This document shows, piece after piece, positions 9,249-18,199 of a stretch of DNA of 64,000 nt. Under the pieces are notes generated by a model. The model searched no databases and was not told the origin of the DNA. It saw nothing but the letters and a program-made list of their open reading frames with translations. The position numbers and the translations under genes were made by a program. The DNA is from Micrococcales bacterium (GTDB taxonomy: Bacteria; Actinomycetota; Actinomycetes; S36-B12; GCA-2699445). Position 1 is the first letter of the stretch, and each line of letters starts with the position of its first letter. The stretch is taken from assembly GCA_002699445.1 (NCBI GenBank), contig PAAU01000066.1, positions 46,584 to 110,583 on the forward strand, given 5' to 3'.

Positions 9249-10456
9249 CGTCGTCGGAGGCAAGTACCGACGGCGCGATGATTTGGGATCGTGTGATCGG
9301 GCAGCCAGCGGTTGTTGCGGAGCTCCAGCAGGCAGCCGCGGCCGCGGTTGGCTCCGATCCAGCTCACGCTATGACTCATGCCTGGCTTATTACCGGACCG
9401 CCCGGATCCGGGCGGACAACCGCCGCTGTGGCATTTGCGGCAAGTCTGCTCTGCTCGCGCCAGGGCTGTGGCGCCTGCCGAGAGTGTAAGTCAGTGCTAT
9501 CCAGCGATCATCCGGACGTGGAGATGGTTCGATCGACCACTCTCAGTTTGGGCAAGGACAGGACTAAACAACTGGTCAGTCAGGCCGCGGGTGCCCCAGT
9601 TTCGGGAAGCTGGCGCATTTTCATAGTGGAGGACGCCGATCGCATGACTGAGGCGGCCGCCAACACGCTACTGAAGTCGATCGAAGAGCCAACGGGACAG
9701 ATGGTTTGGGTTCTATGTGCTCCGAGTCCGGAGGACTTGCTTCCGACTATCCGTTCGCGGACCCGGCACATCGCCTTAAGGGTTCCATCGGCGGAGTCGG
9801 TGGCTGAGCTGTTGACCACCGAAGAAGTGGACCCTGCGATGGCGGCCTTTGCTGCCCATGCTGCTCAGGGGCATATCGGTCGGGCTCGGGCGCTAGCTCA
9901 GGACGAGGAGGTCCGTAATCGTCGGGCGGAGGTTCTGCGTCTTCCGCGTCAGCTGGCAGCAATCACTGACGCTTACGAGGCAGCTGCTGATTTAAAGCGG
10001 AACGCGGAAGCATCTGCAAAGCGACGGTCGCAGGAACTGGATGAGAAAGAAAATGCAGAATTGCTCGAGGTTTACGGATCGGGTGCGGAGGGAGTAAGCA
10101 CCGCTAAAGTTCGATCGCTGGCGAAACGGGCGCTCTCGGATCTCGCCAAAAGGCAAGCGCAGCGTGCATCGCGTTCGGTTCGCGATGAGCTCGATCGAAA
10201 CTTCTTGGACCTGCTGGGCTTCTACCGGGATGTCCTGATGACGCAGTCAGGTGCGAACACGGAACCCATAAATCTTGATTTGGCCGCCGCCGTAGAACAG
10301 ATCGCCCAGCGGGGGGAGATTAGCGAAACCATGATGCGGATCGAAGCGCTAACGGTTGCGCGGGCTCAGCTGTCGAGCAATGTGCCACCACAACTGGTCT
10401 GTGAGGCCCTCATGGTCCAGTTGCTTCACCCGGTGCGCCCGCTGGCGGGTCACTGA
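9245..10456 (+). CDS. holB: DNA polymerase III subunit delta-prime
   Basis: Contains HAWLITGPPGSGRTT, a Cys cluster (CGACRECK) and IFIVEDADRMTEAAANTLLKSIEEP. ATG 9245 overlaps the tmk stop (ATGA), whereas the track ORF begins at 9215. Confidence 0.85.
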   Translation: MTSSEASTDGAMIWDRVIGQPAVVAELQQAAAAAVGSDPAHAMTHAWLITGPPGSGRTTAAVAFAASLLCSRQGCGACRECKSVLSSDHPDVEMVRSTTLSLGKDRTKQLVSQAAGAPVSGSWRIFIVEDADRMTEAAANTLLKSIEEPTGQMVWVLCAPSPEDLLPTIRSRTRHIALRVPSAESVAELLTTEEVDPAMAAFAAHAAQGHIGRARALAQDEEVRNRRAEVLRLPRQLAAITDAYEAAADLKRNAEASAKRRSQELDEKENAELLEVYGSGAEGVSTAKVRSLAKRALSDLAKRQAQRASRSVRDELDRNFLDLLGFYRDVLMTQSGANTEPINLDLAAAVEQIAQRGEISETMMRIEALTVARAQLSSNVPPQLVCEALMVQLLHPVRPLAGH

Positions 10457-11300
10457 GTTCTCCGGCTAGCTCTGCAACATGTAGGCCTTCGGTGTAGGAA
10501 GCTAGTTCCTGCACCGCGGTCTCGAGTGCGGCACTGGGAGCCCGACGTGGATCTGGGGCACTCAGCATTTGTAAAGCGGCATTGAGTAGTTCGTCGTACA
10601 TCTGGACGCCCTGAGCTAGTCGGGCCCGTACCTGCTGAGCACTGTTGACCGCAGTCCGTTGCGCCGGAGTGCCTGTCATTTCAGCGCTCACCTGGTTGAG
10701 CAAGTTCAGACGCTCGACCAGCATTGCAAGCGCTGGTGCCGCTTCAAAATCTGCGCGCCGCAGTTCGAGGGCCGCATCCTCATGTAGATCGGCAATAGTG
10801 GGGATGAGCGACGCCAGCTGCAGGCGTACTCGGTGCAGATGTACGGATTCTTCAGCTCCCACAACACCGGGAGGAAGGGGTCGTGGTGGTGGCGGCGGCG
10901 CGGTAGGTGTCTCCGGCGGTTCAAGAGCGGTGAGAGACTTGCTGGCGCCTCGAGCGGATACGGCCCCAATCACTGCGACGGGGGCACCGATAAAGAAGAT
11001 ACCTTCCGGGCCGGCAACCAGTAAGTCCGCTAAAGCCGCGCCCGCACCAATGACCGCAGCTGCGGTCATGTATCGAACCCGATTGCGCAACCGCTTCAGC
11101 TTTCCCTGGTACTGAACGACGGACTTTTGATGGTCCTGCTGCTGTTTTTCGTAGGCCACCACCATGCGCTCGTGTGGGTCTGTAGGAGTACCACCCTTGC
11201 GCCAACCAGCACGAAAAGCGGAAGCCGCCGCCGACATTTCGGCAAGCGTTTCTCCAATGCGAGACGCCCGATCGCGGCCCAGGCCTTTGCGCTGCCCCAT
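10410..11300 (-). CDS. Hypothetical membrane protein (2 predicted TM segments, a Pro-rich linker and a helical C-terminal domain)
   Basis: This is the only long ORF filling the gap between holB and the peptidase gene. Its hydrophobic stretches are AAAVIGAGAALADLLVAG and IFFIGAPVAVIGAV, followed by PPETPTAPPPPPRPLPP. The start is ambiguous between ATG 11300 and ATG 11429. I recognised no family. Confidence 0.45.
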   Translation of the reverse strand: MGQRKGLGRDRASRIGETLAEMSAAASAFRAGWRKGGTPTDPHERMVVAYEKQQQDHQKSVVQYQGKLKRLRNRVRYMTAAAVIGAGAALADLLVAGPEGIFFIGAPVAVIGAVSARGASKSLTALEPPETPTAPPPPPRPLPPGVVGAEESVHLHRVRLQLASLIPTIADLHEDAALELRRADFEAAPALAMLVERLNLLNQVSAEMTGTPAQRTAVNSAQQVRARLAQGVQMYDELLNAALQMLSAPDPRRAPSAALETAVQELASYTEGLHVAELAGELSDPPAGAPGEATGP

Positions 11301-11464
11301 GTAGTAACGGTAGAGCGGATAGTCAGCAATAGCGAGCCCCGGGGTCGTCGCCAGGCTAGACCGACTGCAGAGGAACTGATCGACGGTCCGTAGAGTCGTA
11401 GACGTAGTCAGCGGATTTGGTGGACCCACCGCTGAGTGAGGCTATCCCTTGACGGAGGTGGAGC

Positions 11465-13000
11465 ATGCGGCGCGGTTACGGCGCATTTGTAGTTGTCGCG
11501 TTGGCGGGGGCCCTGGTGGCTTGTAGCTCCGCCGCAATGCCCGAAGCAGACATCGATAGCACCACTGAAGCATTGGTAGCTCCTGAGTTGGAAAAGTACT
11601 ACGAGCAGACCTTGGATTGGGAGTCATGCGGCGGCCGTGTTGAGTGTGCCGATCTGTTGGTTCCATTGGACTATGGAGAACCAGATCAGGGAGATCTAGA
11701 GATCGCGGTAGCCCGCTATCCGGCGACAGGAGATAGGCAAGGTGCCTTGGTATTCAATCCTGGAGGCCCCGGAGGCAGTGGTACCGAGTTCGCCCAGTAC
11801 GCGAATACAACAGTTTCGCCGGATATCTTGCGTGCCTATGACTTCGTCGGTTTCGATCCACGCGGCGTCGGCGACAGCGACCCGATTGATTGCCTTACCA
11901 ACCAAGATACTGATGAGGTGCTTGCAGCAGCAGCAGACCCGCAGACTGATGCGGAGATCGAGCAGTACATCAACGATGCTGAGAAGATCGCGGCCGGGTG
12001 CCAGCAGCGCTCGCCTGATTTATTGGGTTACGTCGACTCCGCTTCAGTAGTCAACGATATGGATATCCTGCGCTCTGCTCTCGGCGAGCAGGATCTCGAC
12101 TACTTAGGTAAGTCGTACGGGACAAAATTGGGTGCTATGTACGCCGATCGCTTCCCAAGCGTGACTGGTCGAATGGTGCTTGATGGTGCGTTGCCTCCGG
12201 ACTTGGATGGCGCAAGTATCTCGCTGGGACAAGCGGAGAGTTTTGAGAATACTTTGCGTCGTTATGTTGAGTGGTGTCAGTCGCGGGAAGACTGTTCGTT
12301 GAGCTCCGACAGCGTCGATGCGGGTGTGACCGAAATCCAAGAGTTTTTTACTGGGCTCGATGGGCAACCGTTGGTTGTTGGAGACCGAGAACTCACTGAG
12401 GGACTCGCGATGCAAGCGGTTCTTTACTACCTATATTTCCCTTTCGCGGGAGACTGGGCGTCTCTCAACCGGGGTCTGGGGGATGCTTTCAGAGGCGACG
12501 GTTCGACGCTATTGAGTATGCTTGACCAGCGACTGGAGCGGGATACGGCCGGTAACTATAAGAACAATGGAAACAGTTACGACGCCTTTCTCGCCATCAC
12601 CTGTTTGGACGATGGCAGTGATCTTTCAGTGGCTGAACTCTCCGAACGCGCCAAGGATTGGGAGGCCGTCGCGCCCACGTTCGGTCCTGCTCTGAGTTGG
12701 AGCGAGCTAGTTTGCACCGAGTGGCCAGTACCCGCGAAAGAACGACCAAAGGCCAGCAAAGCTGCCGGAGCCGGCCCAATCTTGGTGGTGTCGACGACCC
12801 ACGACCCAGCGACACCTGTGGTGTGGGCCGAAAAGCTAGCGACTGATTTGGCCGATAGCCGGTTGGTGGTGGTGGATGCCGATGGCCACACCGCATACGG
12901 GAATGGCTCGAGTTGTATCGACCGAACCGTAGACGAGTTTCTTTTGGATGGGGTCTTGCCGGAGTCGGATCTGACCTGTGACGATGGCTGGGAGTTTTAG
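11465..13000 (+). CDS. Secreted alpha/beta hydrolase lipoprotein, S33 tripeptidyl-aminopeptidase-like
   Basis: The signal peptide carries a lipobox (LVACSS). NPGGPGGSG, the nucleophile elbow GKSYGT and the C-terminal DGHT are typical of Streptomyces Tap-like peptidases. GGAGGTGGAG precedes the ATG. Confidence 0.8.
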   Translation: MRRGYGAFVVVALAGALVACSSAAMPEADIDSTTEALVAPELEKYYEQTLDWESCGGRVECADLLVPLDYGEPDQGDLEIAVARYPATGDRQGALVFNPGGPGGSGTEFAQYANTTVSPDILRAYDFVGFDPRGVGDSDPIDCLTNQDTDEVLAAAADPQTDAEIEQYINDAEKIAAGCQQRSPDLLGYVDSASVVNDMDILRSALGEQDLDYLGKSYGTKLGAMYADRFPSVTGRMVLDGALPPDLDGASISLGQAESFENTLRRYVEWCQSREDCSLSSDSVDAGVTEIQEFFTGLDGQPLVVGDRELTEGLAMQAVLYYLYFPFAGDWASLNRGLGDAFRGDGSTLLSMLDQRLERDTAGNYKNNGNSYDAFLAITCLDDGSDLSVAELSERAKDWEAVAPTFGPALSWSELVCTEWPVPAKERPKASKAAGAGPILVVSTTHDPATPVVWAEKLATDLADSRLVVVDADGHTAYGNGSSCIDRTVDEFLLDGVLPESDLTCDDGWEF

Positions 13001-13120
13001 TGGATTCAACACAAAGCAGTCCCAATCGCGAGGATTGCCGGAATTCAGGGGAAAAAGTGTTCTCCCCAATTTCCTCAAGCACTAGTCGGAGGGAACCGAT
13101 ACCGCTGTAGGTTGGAAAAA

Positions 13121-15043
13121 ATGACGAGAACCAGACGCGCGGCAATGCGCGCTCTTCCCCTGGCTCTGTCGGTTGCACTAGTGACGACGGGGCAACTCGT
13201 CATGCCTGCTCACGCCAGTATCGCTCCGAGTCAGGCGGACGAAGAGCCGCTACAACCGGATGACGGGTTACTCCAGGCTGATCTCTCTGAGATGCAGGCG
13301 GCTCGTGATGCAGCGATGGACAAATTTCGTGAGGCACGGGGTAAAGCTCGGGAAATGAAGCGAGAGGTCAAACAAAATCGGATCGAGGTAGCGGATGCTC
13401 GCCGCATCGTGAGTCAGTATGCGCGAGCGGTTTACATGAATGGCCCGACCGATCTCAGCGTGCTTGCTTCAATGATTGATACGGACTCTCCGGGAGATAT
13501 CGCTCGGCTGGCAGACGAGGCCCTGCGCGTGGGTTCGCATAAAGACGATCAGTTCGACGATGCGTCAGAGTTATTGAACCGAAATGAAGAGATCAAGGTT
13601 GCGGCCGAATCAGCCGAGCAAGCCGCTGCAGCCACCTTGCAATCTATCGATAACCAAATCAATGGCCTGCGCCGTGAGATGGCAGATGGGTTAGAGGCCT
13701 GGGCCAAGCATCTTGCCGGACAAGGGGCTATGTTCACGCTGGAGCAAGCTAAGTTGAACGGGGAAGCCGCGGCGTCCTGGGCCAAGTATCTGTCGCAGCT
13801 TGCGAATTGGAAAGTGCCCTCCATCAGCGTGAAGGACTTAAAGCGCAACCGTCTTCCCGACAAGATGGTGGTGCGCAAAGGAAATCCCGGAGTTGCCTAC
13901 TGGCGCAATCCAAAGAGCGACAAATGGACAGCGGTTCTTCCAGAACGCACGGTCGCCAGCGTCACGTATGCCGTGAGCCGAATGGGGGCAGCCTATAAGT
14001 GGCGTGAAAATAGTGAAGAAGTCATGGACTGTGCGGCACTTACAGATCGGGCTTGGAACATTCCCGCGATCCCACGAAGTAAACGCACTGACGAACGGCC
14101 CCTGCCAGCAGGTGGAGTCATCGGGGTGGCGCAACGGACCAAACTGTTGCCTAGCAACAAGTTGAGTCTCGGTGATTGGGTGTTCCTGTCAGATAAGAAA
14201 CGGGGAGTCAACCACGTCGGTATCGTAGTGCGACCGGATTTGATGGTTGCCTCTGACGGCACCACCGGAGCCGTCAACACTATAGAAATTCCCAAGAATC
14301 GCGTATGGAAGGTCGGCCGGCCTGCACTCAAGAGTCCGAAAAAGAAGAATGCAGTACCTAAGCCGACGAAGAAGCCGTTTCAATGCGGTTCGGATCCTCG
14401 GGATGCCGTGACGTTGCCGGACGGCAAGATTCTAGGAAACCTGAACAGTTGTCCACCGAGTGCGGTATTCGGCGAGTTCAACATGCAGCCCGCTGCGCTT
14501 CGGGGCGGTAGATGCGCTGCCGCAATCTGGCCGCAAATACCGGTGATTGGTGGCTATCGTCCGGATGCATTGCCGGACCATCCCTCGGGTAGAGCCTTGG
14601 ACTTAATGCTGCCGGAGGGCTGCTCTACAGAGCCCAAAAACGCCAAGTTGGGTGACGCAATCGCGATCTTCTTCATGCAAAATGCAGGCAAGCTGGACGT
14701 TCAGTACATCATCTGGAATCAAAAGATTTGGATCGCTGGCAGCGAAGCAATTCCACCGACTGAGTGGCGCGGTATGTCGAGTCGAGGCAGTTGCACAGCC
14801 AACCACGTAGATCACGTGCATGTGTCCTTCAATGGATTCAACGTTGCTCCCACACCGGAATCCGATCCTGATTCAGATGATGCAGTTGATGAGGATGGTG
14901 GCAAAGATAAGCCAACGGGTAAGCCATCAAAGGACAGTGACGGCAAGAATCAAATCGATCCCGACGCGGTTGGCGATGGACTTGGCGTCGAGAAGCCGAC
15001 CACTAGCGATCCTGCACCGGTCAACTCACCTAGTACCGAGTAG
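13121..15043 (+). CDS. Secreted cell-wall hydrolase: N-terminal coiled coil, NlpC/P60 domain and a conserved C-terminal domain (RipA-like architecture)
   Basis: Signal peptide ends in ...PAHA. A long Ala/Glu/Arg-rich helical region follows. The NlpC/P60 core is MDCAALTDRAW...GDWVFLSD...VNHVGIVV. The C-terminal module is GGYRPDALPDHPSGRALDLM...YIIWNQKIW...ANHVDHVHVSF. Confidence 0.75.
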   Translation: MTRTRRAAMRALPLALSVALVTTGQLVMPAHASIAPSQADEEPLQPDDGLLQADLSEMQAARDAAMDKFREARGKAREMKREVKQNRIEVADARRIVSQYARAVYMNGPTDLSVLASMIDTDSPGDIARLADEALRVGSHKDDQFDDASELLNRNEEIKVAAESAEQAAAATLQSIDNQINGLRREMADGLEAWAKHLAGQGAMFTLEQAKLNGEAAASWAKYLSQLANWKVPSISVKDLKRNRLPDKMVVRKGNPGVAYWRNPKSDKWTAVLPERTVASVTYAVSRMGAAYKWRENSEEVMDCAALTDRAWNIPAIPRSKRTDERPLPAGGVIGVAQRTKLLPSNKLSLGDWVFLSDKKRGVNHVGIVVRPDLMVASDGTTGAVNTIEIPKNRVWKVGRPALKSPKKKNAVPKPTKKPFQCGSDPRDAVTLPDGKILGNLNSCPPSAVFGEFNMQPAALRGGRCAAAIWPQIPVIGGYRPDALPDHPSGRALDLMLPEGCSTEPKNAKLGDAIAIFFMQNAGKLDVQYIIWNQKIWIAGSEAIPPTEWRGMSSRGSCTANHVDHVHVSFNGFNVAPTPESDPDSDDAVDEDGGKDKPTGKPSKDSDGKNQIDPDAVGDGLGVEKPTTSDPAPVNSPSTE

Positions 15044-15154
15044 TTACTGGTTGTAAGGTCATCGGTAGCTCGAGCGGCGCGGTTGCCCTCGGCGTTTATT
15101 TTCTCCTCGAGTTGTCGCAGCCCATAACTGTGCCCGGTCGGGGTTGAGGCGCAA

Positions 15155-15188
15155 CAAAAAACCCCGTGAACTCTAGCGAGTCACGGGG
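15155..15188 (-). terminator. Intrinsic terminator downstream of the rpf-like gene
   Basis: On the minus strand, CCCCGTGA...TCACGGGG forms an 8-bp stem (15162-15188). It is followed by TTTTTTG, which appears as the A-run 15155-15161 on the plus strand. It sits in the convergent gap, so it may also serve the gene ending at 15043. Confidence 0.65.
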
Positions 15189-15211
15189 TTCCTTGTTAGG
15201 CGTGATGTGGG

Positions 15212-15703
15212 TTATAGGCGCCCACATGTGGGCCACGGGCTCCACCCGGAGCGCTGGTGTAGCCGCCAAGCCATATGGTCTTGCGCGAACTTAGGCGCGG
15301 TGTGAGCGTAGGACGAGTAAAGTCCACCGCCCACCCCTCGCCACGTTCCAGAAGCGAACTGATACGCGCCGTGGTAACCGTTGCCAGTGTTGATCGAGTA
15401 CCGACCATTGGACTCACATTGGCGAACCCGCTCGGCTTTGCTGGTGGACGCCCATTTCTTTGATTGCTTGATTTCCTTCAGGTGCCACTTTTTTAGGTTG
15501 TACTTTTTTACGTGACGCTTAACGACCGGGTACTTCTTCTTAGCCTTCTTCTTGGCCACGATGGCTGCCGGTTGCTGTGCGCTAGTTGCAGACGCTCCAG
15601 CCTGAACGGTAGGAGCAGCAGTGGCGCTGACAACCGCAGGGGCTGCGAGTAACGCAGTCGCTGTACTTATGGCAGCAGCGGATAGGGCAATAGTGCTTCG
15701 CAC
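15212..15703 (-). CDS. Resuscitation-promoting-factor-like transglycosylase (Rpf family)
   Basis: The C-terminal domain reads RVRQCESNGRYSINTGNGYHGAYQFASGTWRGVGG...PWPTCG. A signal peptide and a Lys-rich linker precede it. GTG 15703 follows AAAGGA; the track ORF extends to 15793 and would cover the leader. Confidence 0.8.
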   Translation of the reverse strand: MRSTIALSAAAISTATALLAAPAVVSATAAPTVQAGASATSAQQPAAIVAKKKAKKKYPVVKRHVKKYNLKKWHLKEIKQSKKWASTSKAERVRQCESNGRYSINTGNGYHGAYQFASGTWRGVGGGLYSSYAHTAPKFAQDHMAWRLHQRSGWSPWPTCGRL

Positions 15704-15764
15704 GTTGATCCTTTGACGTAGTTCCCCTCGCACGCCGAGACCTTTTTCCGGTCTGGCCGCACTT

Positions 15765-15927
15765 GCGCGGGGCTTGCAGATGCTGGGACGCATCAGTAAT
15801 GGTTATCCCCGACCATGCGACTTCGAACCATCGAAGTTCAATGAGCAAGATCACATTATTGGTACTCCTTCCTGTGATCCGGATCACCCTCCGCGGCAAA
15901 TGTCGGATTTGAGAGGTGCATTCGCGC
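15765..15927 (-). ncRNA. Candidate cyclic-di-AMP (ydaO/yuaA-class) riboswitch in the rpf leader
   Basis: Read on the minus strand, the candidate is 5'-GCGCG-AAUGC...AAAUCCGACA...GCGGAGGGUGAUCC...CGGGGAUAACC...CCCAGCAUCUGCAAGCCC-CGCGC-3'. The terminal GCGCG/CGCGC can form P1. The internal blocks resemble the class consensus blocks GAAUCC, ACGGAGGAACC, GGGAUACC and CCCGACAGCUAAC..AAGC. I matched this by eye only. Confidence 0.45.
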
Positions 15928-15956
15928 ATAGCCCTGTCCCCAGGGAACATGGAGCT

Positions 15957-17033
15957 ATGCGTTTCCGATTTCTAGTTGTTCTTGTTGTTCCGCTGTTGGC
16001 GGCATGTGCCTCGGCAGCGCCCGAGGTTTCACCGGGTTCGGAATCCACACCTGCCCCGGTAGTCGTGGGAAATGCTGCTACTGATCTGGCGGCGCCCTGG
16101 AGCATGGCGATCCTGGCTGACGGTCAAACTTTGCTGACCCACCGTGACGATGCGTCAATCACGCTGTTGCAGCCCGAAGGCGGTCGTAAAGATCTTGGAC
16201 AAGTCGAAGGTGTAGTTCCCGCCGGGGAGGGAGGATTGCTGGGTATAGCAGCTGCACCGGCCCTAAACGGAAAGCAGGACGCTATCTACGCCTATTTCAC
16301 CAGCGCGGATGACAACCGGGTGGTGCGGTTCAATTGGGACGGGAAGCAGCTGAGCAACCAACAGACGGTTGTCGACGGCATTCCCAAATCGCAAATACAC
16401 AATGGTGGCCGAATAGCGTTCGGCCCTGATGGCTCGCTGTACATCGCTACCGGTGATGCCGGCCAGCCCGAACTTGCCCAAGACAAGACGAGTTTGGCCG
16501 GCAAGATATTGCGGGTGACCGAGCAGGGAGACCCTGCTGCCGGAAACCCGGATTCCGGCTCACCGGTCTACTCTCTGGGGCATCGTAATGTTCAGGGCCT
16601 GGCGTGGGATGACGATGGCCGGCTCTGGGCTAGCGAGTTCGGGGAGAACGATGTGGATGAACTGAATCAAATCGAACCGGGTTCTAATTATGGCTGGCCC
16701 GAGTGTGAGGGTCGCTGCGATCGTGCTGAGTTTGCGCAACCGGCCGCGGAATGGTCCCCGACATCCATCGCTAGCCCCTCCGGGTTAGCTATTGCGGATG
16801 GCTCAGCGTGGGTCGCCTCTCTCCGCGGCGAGCGGTTGTGGCAGGTTCCGCTAGACGGAGCCGAGGCTGGGGTGCCGCAGGAGTGGTTCGCGGGAGAGTT
16901 TGGTCGGCTTCGAGATGCAACAGTCGGTCCTGACGGGCTCCTATGGGTAGCCACCAACAACACGGATAGTCGAGGTACGCCGGAACCGGGCGATGACCGG
17001 ATCTTGCTTGTGGAGCTTCCCGAAGCGACATGA
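15957..17033 (+). CDS. PQQ-dependent sugar (sorbosone/glucose) dehydrogenase lipoprotein, YliI-like
   Basis: Lipobox LLAACAS. Other motifs are GLLGIAAAP, NGGRIAFGPDGSLYIATGDAG and HRNVQGLAWDDDGRLWASEFGENDVDELN...GSNYGWPECEG. The track ORF begins at 15774, but that extension covers the rpf leader. Confidence 0.8.
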   Translation: MRFRFLVVLVVPLLAACASAAPEVSPGSESTPAPVVVGNAATDLAAPWSMAILADGQTLLTHRDDASITLLQPEGGRKDLGQVEGVVPAGEGGLLGIAAAPALNGKQDAIYAYFTSADDNRVVRFNWDGKQLSNQQTVVDGIPKSQIHNGGRIAFGPDGSLYIATGDAGQPELAQDKTSLAGKILRVTEQGDPAAGNPDSGSPVYSLGHRNVQGLAWDDDGRLWASEFGENDVDELNQIEPGSNYGWPECEGRCDRAEFAQPAAEWSPTSIASPSGLAIADGSAWVASLRGERLWQVPLDGAEAGVPQEWFAGEFGRLRDATVGPDGLLWVATNNTDSRGTPEPGDDRILLVELPEAT

Positions 17034-17088
17034 GCCAGAACAGATTTCGCGACATGACTTAGGGGTGGCGAATCGATCGAAATAGGGT

Positions 17089-18054
17089 GTGGATCAGCTC
17101 GACGCAGCCAAACAGGTAGCGGTAAACACTTATTACGGTAATGATCAAAAGATGTTCCAGCTTTTTGTGTATTCACTTCCCCTCTGGGCGTGCACTTTGT
17201 TGGCATTCATTCCGGCGCTACTGATTGCGGCAGTCTGCCGGCCCCTCTCTTTTGTCCTTGCAAATGACAAGGGAACCGTCCACCTGAGAAATGCTCTGAC
17301 TACATTGCTAGTCACTGCATTCACTTTCATTGTCACGCTCTCTACCAATACCTTATGGAGCAACGTAAATGATGTCTCTACCTCGGTCCGAGACATGGCA
17401 GTCCAGGAACGGGAGTTGCTGCGACTGACCGAGAACTATGAAAGTGACGGCGGAGACGGGCTGCAGCGACTGTTTACCGAGTACAACGAGAGCGTTGTCC
17501 AAAGCGAATTGCGTCCAGGCGCGTTGGCAGGGAATGAGGAAATAAATGACATTGTCGAAAAGATTCGCGACTTTGTTGACGCTGCCGCGGTCAATTCGGA
17601 CGTATCTGACCGGCTACAAGAACGCATGGCGGACTTCCTCGATAGTCGTGACACTTATCTAAACGCCCAAAATGATCCTGGAGTTCCCGACGTTCTGTGG
17701 CTCGCTGTGGGTCTGCTCGGGGTCGGTCTGGTTGGTTTCTTGGCCCTGATGCGAGTGGGAGAGGCGCGAAGATTTAGTGCGCTTGTCATGCTCCTAATCG
17801 CGCTGACGGTTGGCGTCATTCAAATGCCAATGTGGGTATTGAGTTCTTTCTCGTATGTAGAAATAGTGGCAGTACCTCCGCTGGAGGAAGCTTTTTCGAC
17901 CCAGCCGACAAACGCCGCTTTTACAGGTCAGCTTCTCGTTGTTGTTGCTGTGATGGTCTCGATCGCTCTAGCCGCTATCGCGGTACAGATCTGGTTTCGA
18001 AAGTCATATCTGCAGCGGGAATCCGCAAACAATCAAGATGAAATGTCGAGCTAG
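17089..18054 (+). CDS. Membrane protein of unknown function (2 N-terminal TM, a soluble middle region and 2-3 C-terminal TM; DUF4239-like layout)
   Basis: Hydrophobic segments flank an acidic central region. The family call rests on topology only. Confidence 0.45.
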   Translation: MDQLDAAKQVAVNTYYGNDQKMFQLFVYSLPLWACTLLAFIPALLIAAVCRPLSFVLANDKGTVHLRNALTTLLVTAFTFIVTLSTNTLWSNVNDVSTSVRDMAVQERELLRLTENYESDGGDGLQRLFTEYNESVVQSELRPGALAGNEEINDIVEKIRDFVDAAAVNSDVSDRLQERMADFLDSRDTYLNAQNDPGVPDVLWLAVGLLGVGLVGFLALMRVGEARRFSALVMLLIALTVGVIQMPMWVLSSFSYVEIVAVPPLEEAFSTQPTNAAFTGQLLVVVAVMVSIALAAIAVQIWFRKSYLQRESANNQDEMSS

Positions 18055-18199
18055 CTGCCGGGTAACCACTCTGGATGGTCCAGAATCTGCAGTGAGCAGA
18101 ACCTTGCCCTTAGCGAGGGATGGCGAAGTGCTCAGCGGCTCCTCCCAGGAAACCTGAGGTAGATCTGCCAGTGACGGGTGAAGGTGAGAGGCTGCTGTC

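Noticed and set aside
13001-13120. Leader of the NlpC/P60 gene, checked for a second ydaO-type riboswitch. It contains GGGGA...TCCCC and CCGA blocks.
   Set aside because: At about 110 nt it is too short, and it lacks most of the conserved blocks and a closing helix.
12597-13178. 193-aa minus-strand ORF overlapping the end of the S33 peptidase gene and the start of the NlpC/P60 gene.
   Set aside because: It is antisense to a supported gene. It is Arg/Pro-rich with no motif and would cover the promoter region of the next gene.
15774-15956. N-terminal 61-aa extension of the PQQ dehydrogenase ORF, and likewise 15704-15793 of the rpf ORF.
   Set aside because: The extensions overlap each other on opposite strands and precede clear signal peptides. 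Internal starts with SD-like sequences (15957 and 15703) give canonical lipoprotein and secretory N-termini. The freed region holds the riboswitch candidate.
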